Below are positions 1 through 7,663 of a stretch of DNA of 32,000 nucleotides, one piece after another. Both the position numbers and the translations under genes were made by a program. Every line of letters begins with the position of its first letter. Within the stretch, counting starts at the first letter, position 1. The notes beneath the pieces were generated by a model. The model was given only the letters and a program-made list of their open reading frames with translations, searched no databases and had not been told where the DNA came from. This stretch comes from Erysipelothrix inopinata. GTDB taxonomy: Bacteria > Bacillota_I > Bacilli_A > Erysipelotrichales > Erysipelotrichaceae. Where the stretch lies: contig NZ_CP060715.1 of the NCBI RefSeq assembly GCF_014396165.1, positions 300,001 through 332,000 of the forward strand, read 5' to 3'.

Positions 1-1426
1 GGAAGGCAACTTTTGGTTCCGTTACATTCACAGTTACACCATATTTATCTTTAAGTTTTGTAATGAGTGAATCCAGGTGTTGATCTCCCAATCCATATAG
101 GATCTGTTCCAATGTTTCAGGATTTTTTTCAAAACGCGCACCACAATCCTCTTCCAGAACTTTACTCAAAGCCATGCTAAGTTTGTCTTCATCTTTCTTT
201 GTTTCAGGTTGAATCGTAACACCCAATAATGGTTGCGGAATATCGGGACTATCATAAATTATTTTACAATCCGATGCTGCAAGCGTATCGAACGTTTTAG
301 TGCTTTGAAGTTTCGTTACCGCTCCAATATCTCCGGAAAATAATTTACCAACTCCTATTTGATATTTACCATTGATACTAAACACTTGGTTAATAGTTTC
401 TGTTTCTTGTTGATTATTATTTGTTACTTCAGAATCAGCGCTGAGTACCCCACTCATTACTTTTAAGTAACTAATCTTTCCTACAAAGGGGTCAACAATA
501 GTTTTAAATACTTGTGCACTAAATACTTCATCTTCTTGAGTTCGCAGGGTAATTTCATTTCCTTTTCGATCCTTACCCGTTACGGTTCCTTTTTCTTGAT
601 AACTTGGAAAGTACTCTGTAATGAGATCAAGGAGGCGACGCATCCCAATCCCTGCATTGGCACTTCCACAATAAACAGGACGGATATCTCCGCTTCGAAC
701 ACCAAGAGAAACACCTTTCAAAATATCCTCTTCTGATAAGTTTCCCTTATCAAAATATGTTTCCATCAACTCATCATCAGTCATTGCAACTGCTTCACAA
801 ATTTCTTCCCAATGAATTGCTACTTGATCGGCATATTCTTCAGGAACTTCATGAGGTTTTTCAGGATGATCGTAGTACCATACCTTCTTACTTAATAAAT
901 TAATACTTCCGATAACAACACCTTTTTCTCGAATTGGTATCTCAAATGCAATGACACTTTTTCCGAATGTTTCTCTTAACGTCTCATAGGCTGTGTGGAA
1001 ACTAACATTTTCATCATCCATTTTATTGACGAAGAAAATAGTGGGTTTGTTTTCTGATTCAACCCAACGAAATGCGGACTTCGTGCCCTCATCCACACCA
1101 TTTTTACCATCAACTACAATTAAGACATTATCCCCAACACTCAGTCCCGATAAAGTTTCCGCTACAAAATCTGCATATCCAGGTGTATCAATACAGTTAA
1201 TTTTACAGTCTTGCCACTCAATTGGTACCATCTTTAAAGATAACGTTTGACCCCTTTTTATTTCTTGGGGTTCAAAGTCAATTGAAGATTGACCACTCTC
1301 TGCTGAGACAATTCGATCTATTTGTTTAGCTTCTAACATCATGGATTGAATCACTGAACTCTTACCACTTCCGTTATGTCCCAGTACTGCTAGGTTTCTT
1401 ACATTCTCGCTTCTATAGTCTTTCAT
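1..1426 (-). CDS. EF-G2-like translational GTPase (EF-G paralogue), first 475 codons; the 3' end lies beyond the window
   Basis: Absent from the ORF track because it runs off the window. ATG at 1426 is preceded by GAGGATGG. The translation starts MKDYRSENVRNLAVLGHNGSGKSS. It carries G1 GHNGSGKS, G3 DTPGYADF and G4 NKMD. The frame stays open to position 2, ending in the EF-G-like KLKDKYGVTVNVTEPKVAF. The GHxGSGK P-loop resembles EF-G2-type paralogues rather than canonical AHIDAGKTT. Confidence 0.85.
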   Translation of the reverse strand, partial: MKDYRSENVRNLAVLGHNGSGKSSVIQSMMLEAKQIDRIVSAESGQSSIDFEPQEIKRGQTLSLKMVPIEWQDCKINCIDTPGYADFVAETLSGLSVGDNVLIVVDGKNGVDEGTKSAFRWVESENKPTIFFVNKMDDENVSFHTAYETLRETFGKSVIAFEIPIREKGVVIGSINLLSKKVWYYDHPEKPHEVPEEYADQVAIHWEEICEAVAMTDDELMETYFDKGNLSEEDILKGVSLGVRSGDIRPVYCGSANAGIGMRRLLDLITEYFPSYQEKGTVTGKDRKGNEITLRTQEDEVFSAQVFKTIVDPFVGKISYLKVMSGVLSADSEVTNNNQQETETINQVFSINGKYQIGVGKLFSGDIGAVTKLQSTKTFDTLAASDCKIIYDSPDIPQPLLGVTIQPETKKDEDKLSMALSKVLEEDCGARFEKNPETLEQILYGLGDQHLDSLITKLKDKYGVTVNVTEPKVAF

Positions 1427-1441
1427 ATTAAGCCATCCTCA

Positions 1442-2110
1442 CTAAACTAAATACTGTTTCAATGTTTCGAAATCATGCTGTCTTACATAATGAATCGCCA
1501 AACGATCCTCGTCATCTTTAATTGTAATATCAGCATCCGAATCTACAAGAAATTTAATCAATTCTTCATAACCTGAGTATGCTGCTCTCATTAACGCTGT
1601 GCAGCCATTAGCGTCACGCTCATTAACGTTTGCTTGATGACGAACAAGATACTTGATAATGTCCATTTGGTACGCCAGCGTTGCTTCCATGAGCGCTGTA
1701 CGACCTAACGTATCTTTAGCATTAACATCGGCGCCATTTTCAACAAGTAACTTAACGATATCTAAATGACCTAAGAAACTTGCTCTCATTAATGCAGTGC
1801 GACCTTTTTCATCTTGAAGATTAACATTTGCACCTGCTTTAATTAATAAAGCAACAATATCAAGATGGCCCTTCTTAGCTGCACTCATTAAAGCATCTTT
1901 ACCAAAAATATCGAGTGCATTTACATCGGCATTATGATCAATTAAAAATCTTACGATATTTGTATGGCCACGTTTTGCACTTCTCATTAATGCGGTACGA
2001 TTTTCACCATTTACAACATTGACATCAGCACCTTCTTTAAATGCTAAATCTACAAGATAGATATCACCATGTGCTGCTGCGTCAAAAAGCTTTTTATTTG
2101 TTTGATCCAT
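1442..2110 (-). CDS. cytoplasmic ankyrin-repeat protein, 222 aa, six 33-residue ANK repeats
   Basis: Clear 33-aa periodicity: GADVNxxxxxGRTALMxAxxxGHLDIVKLLxxx repeated 6 times. No signal peptide. I place the start at ATG 2110 behind AAGGAGG. The track's upstream ATG at 2143 would read through a terminator hairpin. Confidence 0.9.
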   Translation of the reverse strand: MDQTNKKLFDAAAHGDIYLVDLAFKEGADVNVVNGENRTALMRSAKRGHTNIVRFLIDHNADVNALDIFGKDALMSAAKKGHLDIVALLIKAGANVNLQDEKGRTALMRASFLGHLDIVKLLVENGADVNAKDTLGRTALMEATLAYQMDIIKYLVRHQANVNERDANGCTALMRAAYSGYEELIKFLVDSDADITIKDDEDRLAIHYVRQHDFETLKQYLV

Positions 2111-2125
2111 TGTATCCTCCTTGCA

Positions 2126-2154
2126 AACAAAAAAGACAGGCACAAACCCGTCTT
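2126..2154 (-). terminator. intrinsic terminator / attenuator directly upstream of the ankyrin gene SD
   Basis: Minus-strand RNA AAAGACGGG-UUUGUG-CCUGUCUUU followed by UUU GUUUG. The stem is 9 bp with one G.U pair. The ankyrin SD AAGGAGG begins about 6 nt after the U-tract. Confidence 0.7.
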
Positions 2155-2223
2155 TCAGCTCAAATCATCGATGGTGACACAATGTTTTCCTACATCAGTT
2201 ATAAAGGCAATTAAATTGAACAT
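2155..2223 (-). CDS. 22-codon leader ORF (MFNLIAFITDVGKHCVTIDDLS)
   Basis: AGGAGG then 8 nt then ATG at 2223. The TGA stop at 2155-2157 abuts the terminator stem. Too short for the ORF track. Coding status is inferred only from SD quality and position. Confidence 0.4.
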   Translation of the reverse strand: MFNLIAFITDVGKHCVTIDDLS

Positions 2224-2243
2224 TGTGACCACCTCCTAGTTAT

Positions 2244-2271
2244 ATTGTAACCGATTACATAGATATTTCAA
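2244..2271 (-). promoter_or_regulatory. sigma-A-type promoter for the leader/ankyrin/EF-G2 unit
   Basis: Minus strand reads TTGAAA (2266-2271), 16 nt, TACAAT (2244-2249). The SD of the leader ORF follows about 10 nt downstream. Confidence 0.5.
2246..2259. promoter_or_regulatory. cre / LacI-family operator-like palindrome TGTAACCGATTACA
   Basis: Fits the TGWAANCGNTNWCA cre consensus at all constrained positions. It overlaps the -10 and spacer of the promoter above. Confidence 0.5.
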
Positions 2272-2346
2272 GTGTAATATTTACGAATCCTTTTGCAGCT
2301 TTAAATAGCGTTTAATGTATAATGAAACTAATAGAGAGGAGATCAT

Positions 2347-2496
2347 ATGGAAAACAAACAAAATTCAAATTTAGAGGTATCACGTAAAGATGTTATTGAA
2401 TTTACAAGTATTCTTGAAGGAATACGTTACCGTTTAACACTGCTGATTATTCTGGTTATAATTTTAATTGCAACAATCTATATGGTTAATATCTGA
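2347..2496 (+). CDS. small tail-anchored membrane protein, 49 aa
   Basis: GAGAGGAG then 6 nt then ATG. Sequence MENKQNSNLEVSRKDVIEFTSILEGIRYRLTLLIILVIILIATIYMVNI has a polar N-terminus and one C-terminal TM helix. A TATAAT lies at 2318-2323. A perfect terminator follows immediately. Confidence 0.45.
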   Translation: MENKQNSNLEVSRKDVIEFTSILEGIRYRLTLLIILVIILIATIYMVNI

Positions 2497-2500
2497 ATAT

Positions 2501-2537
2501 AAAAATATATCCATTACCGACAATGGATATATTTTTT
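2501..2537 (+). terminator. intrinsic terminator (perfect 15-bp stem)
   Basis: AAAAATATATCCATT-ACCGAC-AATGGATATATTTTT followed by T. A/T tracts on both sides make it potentially bidirectional. Confidence 0.75.
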
Positions 2538-2556
2538 ATATATTTTAATTTTGGAC

Positions 2557-2583
2557 AAAGAAAAAGAAGCATTGCTGCTTCTT
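2557..2583 (-). terminator. csp terminator
   Basis: Minus strand AAGAAGCA-GCAA-TGCTTCTT followed by TTCTTTG, 10 nt after the csp stop. Confidence 0.75.
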
Positions 2584-2592
2584 AATTTTCGA

Positions 2593-2796
2593 CTATAAAG
2601 GGCGAACGTTTTCTGCTTGTTTACCACGTTGTCCTTGAACAATATCAAATGATACTGCTTGTCCTTCATTCAATGTTTTGTATCCTTCGATATCAATTCC
2701 TGAATAGTGAACAAACACTTCTTCGTTTGAACCGTCAACAATGATAAATCCGAATCCTTTTTCACCATTGAAAAATTTAACTTTTCCTGATTCCAT
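2593..2796 (-). CDS. csp: cold-shock protein, CspA family, 67 aa
   Basis: KGFGFI (RNP1-like) and VFVHYS (RNP2-like) motifs. Length is typical for the family. Confidence 0.95.
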   Translation of the reverse strand: MESGKVKFFNGEKGFGFIIVDGSNEEVFVHYSGIDIEGYKTLNEGQAVSFDIVQGQRGKQAENVRPL

Positions 2797-2885
2797 TAAT
2801 AGTGCCTCCTGTTCTAGAAAATAAGTACTTAACTCTCAATAACAAAAGACATTATCTAAAGTGTAGTTTTTCTTATAACATAATT

Positions 2886-2914
2886 ACTATATCATCAATA
2901 ATTATCTTTGTCAA
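2886..2914 (-). promoter_or_regulatory. csp promoter
   Basis: TTGACA (2909-2914), 17 nt, TATAGT (2886-2891). This leaves an ~80-nt 5' UTR, as is usual for csp genes. Confidence 0.65.
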
Positions 2915-2957
2915 AAGAATATCAATCAAATTGTAACCGCTTTAGCTCTTTATAGTT

Positions 2958-2989
2958 AAAAGACATCTTCCCTTATAGAAGATGTCTTT
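2958..2989 (-). terminator. terminator after the dehydrogenase gene
   Basis: AAAGACATCTTC-TATAAGG-GAAGATGTCTTT, a 12-bp perfect stem. The U-tract is short. Confidence 0.6.
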
Positions 2990-3004
2990 ATTTGATACAT
3001 TTAT

Positions 3005-3997
3005 TTATGCTAGTTGATTTTTTGATGAACCTGTTTCAATAAATTCTTGAAGGTTTTCATACGAGAATTCGACCATATTCGCTACCGCTTCATCTGTATA
3101 TGATCCCACGTGAGGTGTCACAAGTACACGTGGATATAAACCACTGATACGTGTCATTAATGCATCAAAGTCCTGAGGTGCTGTCACCTTATTGAAGTAC
3201 TTCGTTTCATTAGCTAGAACATCAGTACCAAATGCTTGAATTTTACCGCTTTCTACTGCATCTAGAATGTCATCAACATTTTGGAGTTCTCCACGTGATG
3301 TGTTAATTAAGATAACACCATCTTTCATTTTACTGATGATTTCTTTATTGATGAACTCATCATTTGAACCTTTGAAATATGGCATATGCATTGAGATAAT
3401 ATCAGATTCTTTAAGTAAAGTATCCAAGTCAACTTGTTTACATACATCACCTAAGTAATCTTTTTCAACAACATCATATCCAATGACATTAGCACCAACA
3501 CCATTAAAGAGTGTTGCAGCAGTAAATCCAATTTTACCTAAACCAATAATTCCAACAGTGGATTTGCGGATTTCTTTTGAGAACATGAAGTTGTCAATTT
3601 TGAAATCTCCGTCTTTAGCTTTATTAGTAGTATATTGTGTATGTCTTGCAAGTGACATTGCTAATGTAAGAGCAAGTTCAGCAATAGCATTTGGTGAATA
3701 AAAAGGTACATAAGCAACTTTAAGTCCAAGATCTTTTGCTGCTTCTAAATCAACATGGTTGTATCCAACTGTACGTGTTAATACATATTTTACGCCATAG
3801 TTTTTATATATTTCTAAGTTTTGACGTGAACCTGGACAGTTACCACGAAGCATCACTGCTTCGCATCCTTCAGCAAGATGAACTGTTTCATCATTCAACA
3901 TCTTTTCAGTTAACACAAGATCAAAACCAAATTTTTCATTATATTTTTCAAAAAATGGTCTTTCAACTTCACGAACACCGTAACATAATAATCTCAT
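3005..3997 (-). CDS. D-isomer-specific 2-hydroxyacid dehydrogenase (D-lactate dehydrogenase-like), 330 aa
   Basis: NAD fold GIIGLGKIGFTAA. Catalytic-region motifs TSRGEL and TPHVGSYT. Overall LdhA/HicDH-like layout. Confidence 0.9.
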   Translation of the reverse strand: MRLLCYGVREVERPFFEKYNEKFGFDLVLTEKMLNDETVHLAEGCEAVMLRGNCPGSRQNLEIYKNYGVKYVLTRTVGYNHVDLEAAKDLGLKVAYVPFYSPNAIAELALTLAMSLARHTQYTTNKAKDGDFKIDNFMFSKEIRKSTVGIIGLGKIGFTAATLFNGVGANVIGYDVVEKDYLGDVCKQVDLDTLLKESDIISMHMPYFKGSNDEFINKEIISKMKDGVILINTSRGELQNVDDILDAVESGKIQAFGTDVLANETKYFNKVTAPQDFDALMTRISGLYPRVLVTPHVGSYTDEAVANMVEFSYENLQEFIETGSSKNQLA

Positions 3998-4014
3998 AAT
4001 TAATCTCCTTTATT

Positions 4015-5061
4015 TTATAATATAATACCAGCGCTATTTAAAGCTGCAAGTACAACAAGCCAGATAATAATTGCGACAATTGATAATACTGTAGATACTA
4101 ACGAAGCGTTTGAAGAGAATACTGCTTCTTTATCAAAGTTAATTGCATAACCTACTGCAACAGTTGCAGGTGGTGTAGCAAGCATAATAATGATACCAGT
4201 AATGGCTACGTAGTTAAGTGGTAAGAATCCAATATTACGGAATAGAATCATAAGAATTAACATGACTGCAGGCATAATGAGTAATTTACCAATTGAGTAA
4301 ACCCAAACATCCATATCTTTAACAGCATCTTTCAATGAGATCTTAGCAAGTGTCATACCGATTGCTAACCATGCAAGTGGTGATGATAATGATGCAAGGT
4401 ATCCAACTGCTTTCATGAACCATGGTGCTGTTTGATCAAGTCTTAGGAATGCATAAGATTTAGTTCCTTCTTTAACTGCAACACTAACTTGTGGAAGACT
4501 TGCTTGGAACATCCAAATAAAGAATCCTAAGAATGTAGCAATAATAATTGGATTTAAGATAATTTGTTTTAGATTTTTCTTTTCAAATTTCAATCCTGAG
4601 AACATGATATATCCATATGAATATAGGAATACACGGTATGCAATATTAAATAAGTTTGCATATAATGTTCCTTCAGAACCTAAGAACGCTTCAATAATTG
4701 GTAATCCAAAGAATGTTGTAGAACCAAAGATTGTTAGTCCTCGCATAACGTCTAGTTTGTCCCCTTTATACTTACCACGATATGCAAATGTGATTAGAAT
4801 TAAAATAATATAAGCAACAAAACCAAAGATAAATGAGTTTAAACCTGTCGTAAATGTTTCTGGTTTAATATCTGTCATAAATGCTTGGAATGCTAATGCA
4901 GGTAGTGCAACGTTCATCAACACAGCAGTTAATGATTTTGCTGCTGTATCTGTAACCTTTCCCGATTTTCTTAAGTAGTATCCTAACAGGATGATTGAAA
5001 TTGTTGAGAACACAGCTCCCAAGAATTTCGGATCAGTTAAGACTGTCTTCATAATTTCCAT
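4015..5061 (-). CDS. AEC (auxin efflux carrier / malate-permease-like) family transporter, 348 aa
   Basis: About 10 TM helices in two halves, with AEC-like sequence character. It sits 17 nt upstream of the dehydrogenase, so co-transcription is likely. Confidence 0.8.
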   Translation of the reverse strand: MEIMKTVLTDPKFLGAVFSTISIILLGYYLRKSGKVTDTAAKSLTAVLMNVALPALAFQAFMTDIKPETFTTGLNSFIFGFVAYIILILITFAYRGKYKGDKLDVMRGLTIFGSTTFFGLPIIEAFLGSEGTLYANLFNIAYRVFLYSYGYIMFSGLKFEKKNLKQIILNPIIIATFLGFFIWMFQASLPQVSVAVKEGTKSYAFLRLDQTAPWFMKAVGYLASLSSPLAWLAIGMTLAKISLKDAVKDMDVWVYSIGKLLIMPAVMLILMILFRNIGFLPLNYVAITGIIIMLATPPATVAVGYAINFDKEAVFSSNASLVSTVLSIVAIIIWLVVLAALNSAGIIL

Positions 5062-5088
5062 ATGTCTTTTCTCTCCTTTTGAATTCGT

Positions 5089-5104
5089 GAACCAACATTG
5101 GTTC
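5089..5104. promoter_or_regulatory. 16-bp palindrome GAACCAACATTGGTTC (7-bp arms) in the AEC 5' region
   Basis: Located 28 nt upstream of ATG 5061 and about 12 nt downstream of a TATAGT hexamer on the minus strand. Confidence 0.3.
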
Positions 5105-5330
5105 CGCGTATTTACTATACAACCAAGAAAAGACTTTTTAGGTATTTTGTGTGTATATAATTGTGATATCTTTGAGAAATTGTCCGAACTTTCACATCTT
5201 TTTATTGATTATGTTAAATAGGTTAAATATTTCACAACTATTTAGGTCAAACGCTTTATCACAGCGTTTTCTTCAATGTAATAAATAAATATTACCACGA
5301 AATATATAAGAATTTATTCTCAACAATATC

Positions 5331-5376
5331 TAAATAAAAAGGATTGACTCCTGAGTAATACAGAAATCAATCCTTT
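5331..5376 (-). terminator. terminator after the XRE gene
   Basis: AAAGGATTGA, 19-nt loop, TCAATCCTTT, followed by TTATTTAG. Confidence 0.55.
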
Positions 5377-5441
5377 AGTGTATATGCTTAATTAAACCAT
5401 CCAATATATCAGGAACCGTTAGTAATTATCGGTTTTCATTC

Positions 5442-5993
5442 TTACAACAGACCCGCAACTAAACCCGCTACGAATCCAATAACACTTATTCCAATCAAGA
5501 TAATGATAACCTTCTTAACATTATAATTCGGTTGATCTACAGAACCTGATTGAATCTGTTGTATATTACTCATTTTTATATATTTAATAATTGCATAGAA
5601 TAACAACGCCACCAATCCAATTCTTAGTAACAAAGACAATACGAATATCACGGTCATTTTCGACCCTGATAATGATCCATTGTCAATAAATAACATTGAT
5701 AACGTAGATACAGTTAATACAAGAATTGTAAGTAGATTGACTCTATTCCCCATAGCTTTGACATCTGAATCTTTAATTAATTTTTCCATAACTTTCTGGT
5801 CTCCTTTTAATAAGTCATCGAGGGAGATTTGATAAACATCACTTATCTCAACAATACTTCTTAAATCAGGAAGGCTCCGATTATTTTCCCAATTAGAAAC
5901 CGTTTGACGGGATACTCCAATCGCTTCAGAGACATCTTCTTGTCTAAGTCCTATATTGGTTCGTGCTTCCTTAAGTCTTGTTCCAAAGTCCAT
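5442..5993 (-). CDS. membrane-tethered XRE-family HTH regulator, 183 aa
   Basis: N-terminal LRQEDVSEAIGVSRQTVSNWENN HTH motif followed by three predicted TM helices. Confidence 0.85.
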   Translation of the reverse strand: MDFGTRLKEARTNIGLRQEDVSEAIGVSRQTVSNWENNRSLPDLRSIVEISDVYQISLDDLLKGDQKVMEKLIKDSDVKAMGNRVNLLTILVLTVSTLSMLFIDNGSLSGSKMTVIFVLSLLLRIGLVALLFYAIIKYIKMSNIQQIQSGSVDQPNYNVKKVIIILIGISVIGFVAGLVAGLL

Positions 5994-6091
5994 TTACCGT
6001 TCCTCCTAATTCCAATTTAAAAGAGATTCACTGCTCAATCAATCTAAAAGTTCTTTACGTCATACTAAATTTGGTGTAAAACATCTTTTAC

Positions 6092-6937
6092 CTATTCCTT
6101 AAAACCACTCTCTAAGCGACTATAGGTGCTAGGGTTAGTATTTATATAAATATTAAAAGCTTCATACCATACTTCATCAATACATGCATCTCTATTATCT
6201 TCAAGAAGTTTTTTAACTATTTTAAAGAATGTGTCTTGTGCACTAATTCCATAAGCGATGGAATCCAACACAAGTGTCCCCCATTCTTTATGATTTTCGA
6301 AGTAACTCGAATTTTGATACTCTCTGCATTGTAAATCAAAGGTATTCATAATAGGAAGTGAAACCACTTCTACATCGACTGCTTTATTAATATTAATAAT
6401 CAATAACTTATAATCGGGTCCATCAGCAGGAAGTCCTAATGACGATGCATTAATGAATCGTCTTCCTTTATAACTTTGATCAAAATGCCTGTGAATATGG
6501 CCCATAATACACACATCAAAGTTTTCCATTTCGATCAATTCATCAAAAGTATCCTCTATAGGTTTTCTGATTTGAGGGTTATCGCCATGAATAAATAAAA
6601 AACGAACCCCTTCATATTCTAACAACTTATGTGTAGGCAGTGTTTGTAAGTATTCAGAACTATTTTTGCTAAGATGCTTCAATGTCCACGCTTGTGGCAT
6701 GAGGTTAATCGGCAACGGATTGGGAAAGTTTGTGCTTTCAATTCTATCCCTATTCCCAGATATTGCATGAGTTGATACATTTCTTACGACTTCAATCACT
6801 TCATTGTCTTGATATCCATCTGTAATATAATCACCCAAGAAAATGTACTCATCAATTCCTTTATCATTTAAATAAGTAAGTCCTTGTTGCAATGCACTCA
6901 GATTTGAATGTATGTCACTTAATACTGCAATTTTCAT
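6092..6937 (-). CDS. calcineurin-like metallophosphoesterase, 281 aa
   Basis: Motifs DIHSN, GDYITDG, GNRD, HGD and GHIH occur in the canonical order. A ~90-aa helical C-terminal extension follows. Confidence 0.85.
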   Translation of the reverse strand: MKIAVLSDIHSNLSALQQGLTYLNDKGIDEYIFLGDYITDGYQDNEVIEVVRNVSTHAISGNRDRIESTNFPNPLPINLMPQAWTLKHLSKNSSEYLQTLPTHKLLEYEGVRFLFIHGDNPQIRKPIEDTFDELIEMENFDVCIMGHIHRHFDQSYKGRRFINASSLGLPADGPDYKLLIININKAVDVEVVSLPIMNTFDLQCREYQNSSYFENHKEWGTLVLDSIAYGISAQDTFFKIVKKLLEDNRDACIDEVWYEAFNIYINTNPSTYSRLESGFKE

Positions 6938-6955
6938 AATTTACCTCTAATGAAA

Positions 6956-6964
6956 ATTATAACA
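6956..6964 (-). promoter_or_regulatory. extended -10 promoter (TGTTATAAT) for the phosphoesterase gene
   Basis: Minus strand TGT-TATAAT lies 19 nt upstream of the AGAGG SD. The -35 is weak. Confidence 0.45.
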
Positions 6965-6999
6965 CAGTTAATATGAGTACCGATAATTTCCACTTATAT

Positions 7000-7030
7000 G
7001 AAAAAGACCTCACCATGATTGGTGAAGTCT
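7000..7030 (-). terminator. terminator of the sugar operon
   Basis: AGACTTCACC-AATCAT-GGTGAGGTCT followed by TTTTTC, 33 nt after the SIS gene stop. Confidence 0.8.
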
Positions 7031-7063
7031 TTATAAGTCTTAAACGTTGCTATATTTGGGAGA

Positions 7064-7663
7064 TTACTTCTTTTTGTCCAGAATACTTTTTCCAAGACTT
7101 CCTCCAGGATGCCACTTAACATATACTTCCGGAGTCAAATTATTTAAATCTTGTAGGATAACACTTAGTGCTTGCATAGCAATAGTTTCAACAAGAATAG
7201 AAGATCGTGGTGGTTTGTTTAAATTGTCACCTTCTTCAGTAACGCCTGCAAAAATATGGTAATCAGAGTTTTCTGCCATCCATGAATCAGCATTTCCTGT
7301 TACCGTGACAAGAATCGCTCCATTATTTCTTAAAGTCATCAAAGTTTTTTTGAGTTCTTCTGTCTGACCACTATTTGACATTGCAATCACAACATCACCC
7401 TCTTTTACCTGACCACTGCTTCCGTGAATTGCTTCTGTACCATCCAAAAAGTATGTAGGTGTTCCAATTGATGAGAAAAGAGATGCTACATAACTCGCTA
7501 AATGACCTGGTTTACCAATTCCTGTTGTATGAACTCTACAACCTTTACTTTCTTGTTGTTTAATAATATAGGCTACCTCTTCAAGTATCCTATTATCAAT
7601 TTCATCATAATAGTTCATTACTTCTTGTTTTTGAATATCAAAATATGAATTTAGTACACTCAT
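7064..7663 (-). CDS. single-SIS-domain sugar-phosphate isomerase, arabinose-5-phosphate isomerase (KpsF/GutQ)-like, no CBS domains, 199 aa
   Basis: TGIGKPGHLASYVASLFSSIGTPTYFLDGTEAIHGSSGQV..VVIAMSNSGQTEEL parallels the KpsF core G(M)GKSGHI..TGTP..F..P.EA.HGDLGM..ISNSGES. Confidence 0.7.
   Translation of the reverse strand: MSVLNSYFDIQKQEVMNYYDEIDNRILEEVAYIIKQQESKGCRVHTTGIGKPGHLASYVASLFSSIGTPTYFLDGTEAIHGSSGQVKEGDVVIAMSNSGQTEELKKTLMTLRNNGAILVTVTGNADSWMAENSDYHIFAGVTEEGDNLNKPPRSSILVETIAMQALSVILQDLNNLTPEVYVKWHPGGSLGKSILDKKK

Noticed and set aside
512-1250. Two plus-strand ORFs (74 and 85 aa) offered by the track at the left end
   Set aside because: Both lie antisense to the continuous EF-G-like reading frame (1-1426, minus strand). 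That frame carries the G1, G3 and G4 GTPase motifs, and the track omitted it only because it runs off the window.
2111-2143. N-terminal extension MPVFFVCKEDT of the ankyrin ORF
   Set aside because: These codons are the terminator hairpin and U-tract. The internal ATG at 2110 has a perfect AAGGAGG SD.
5249-5269. Hairpin AAACGCT-N7-AGCGTTT with a T-tract on the plus strand, considered as a terminator
   Set aside because: No credible plus-strand gene ends there. The 76-aa track ORF overlapping the AEC start looks spurious. On the minus strand the hairpin lacks a U-tract. It could be a binding site, but the evidence is too thin.
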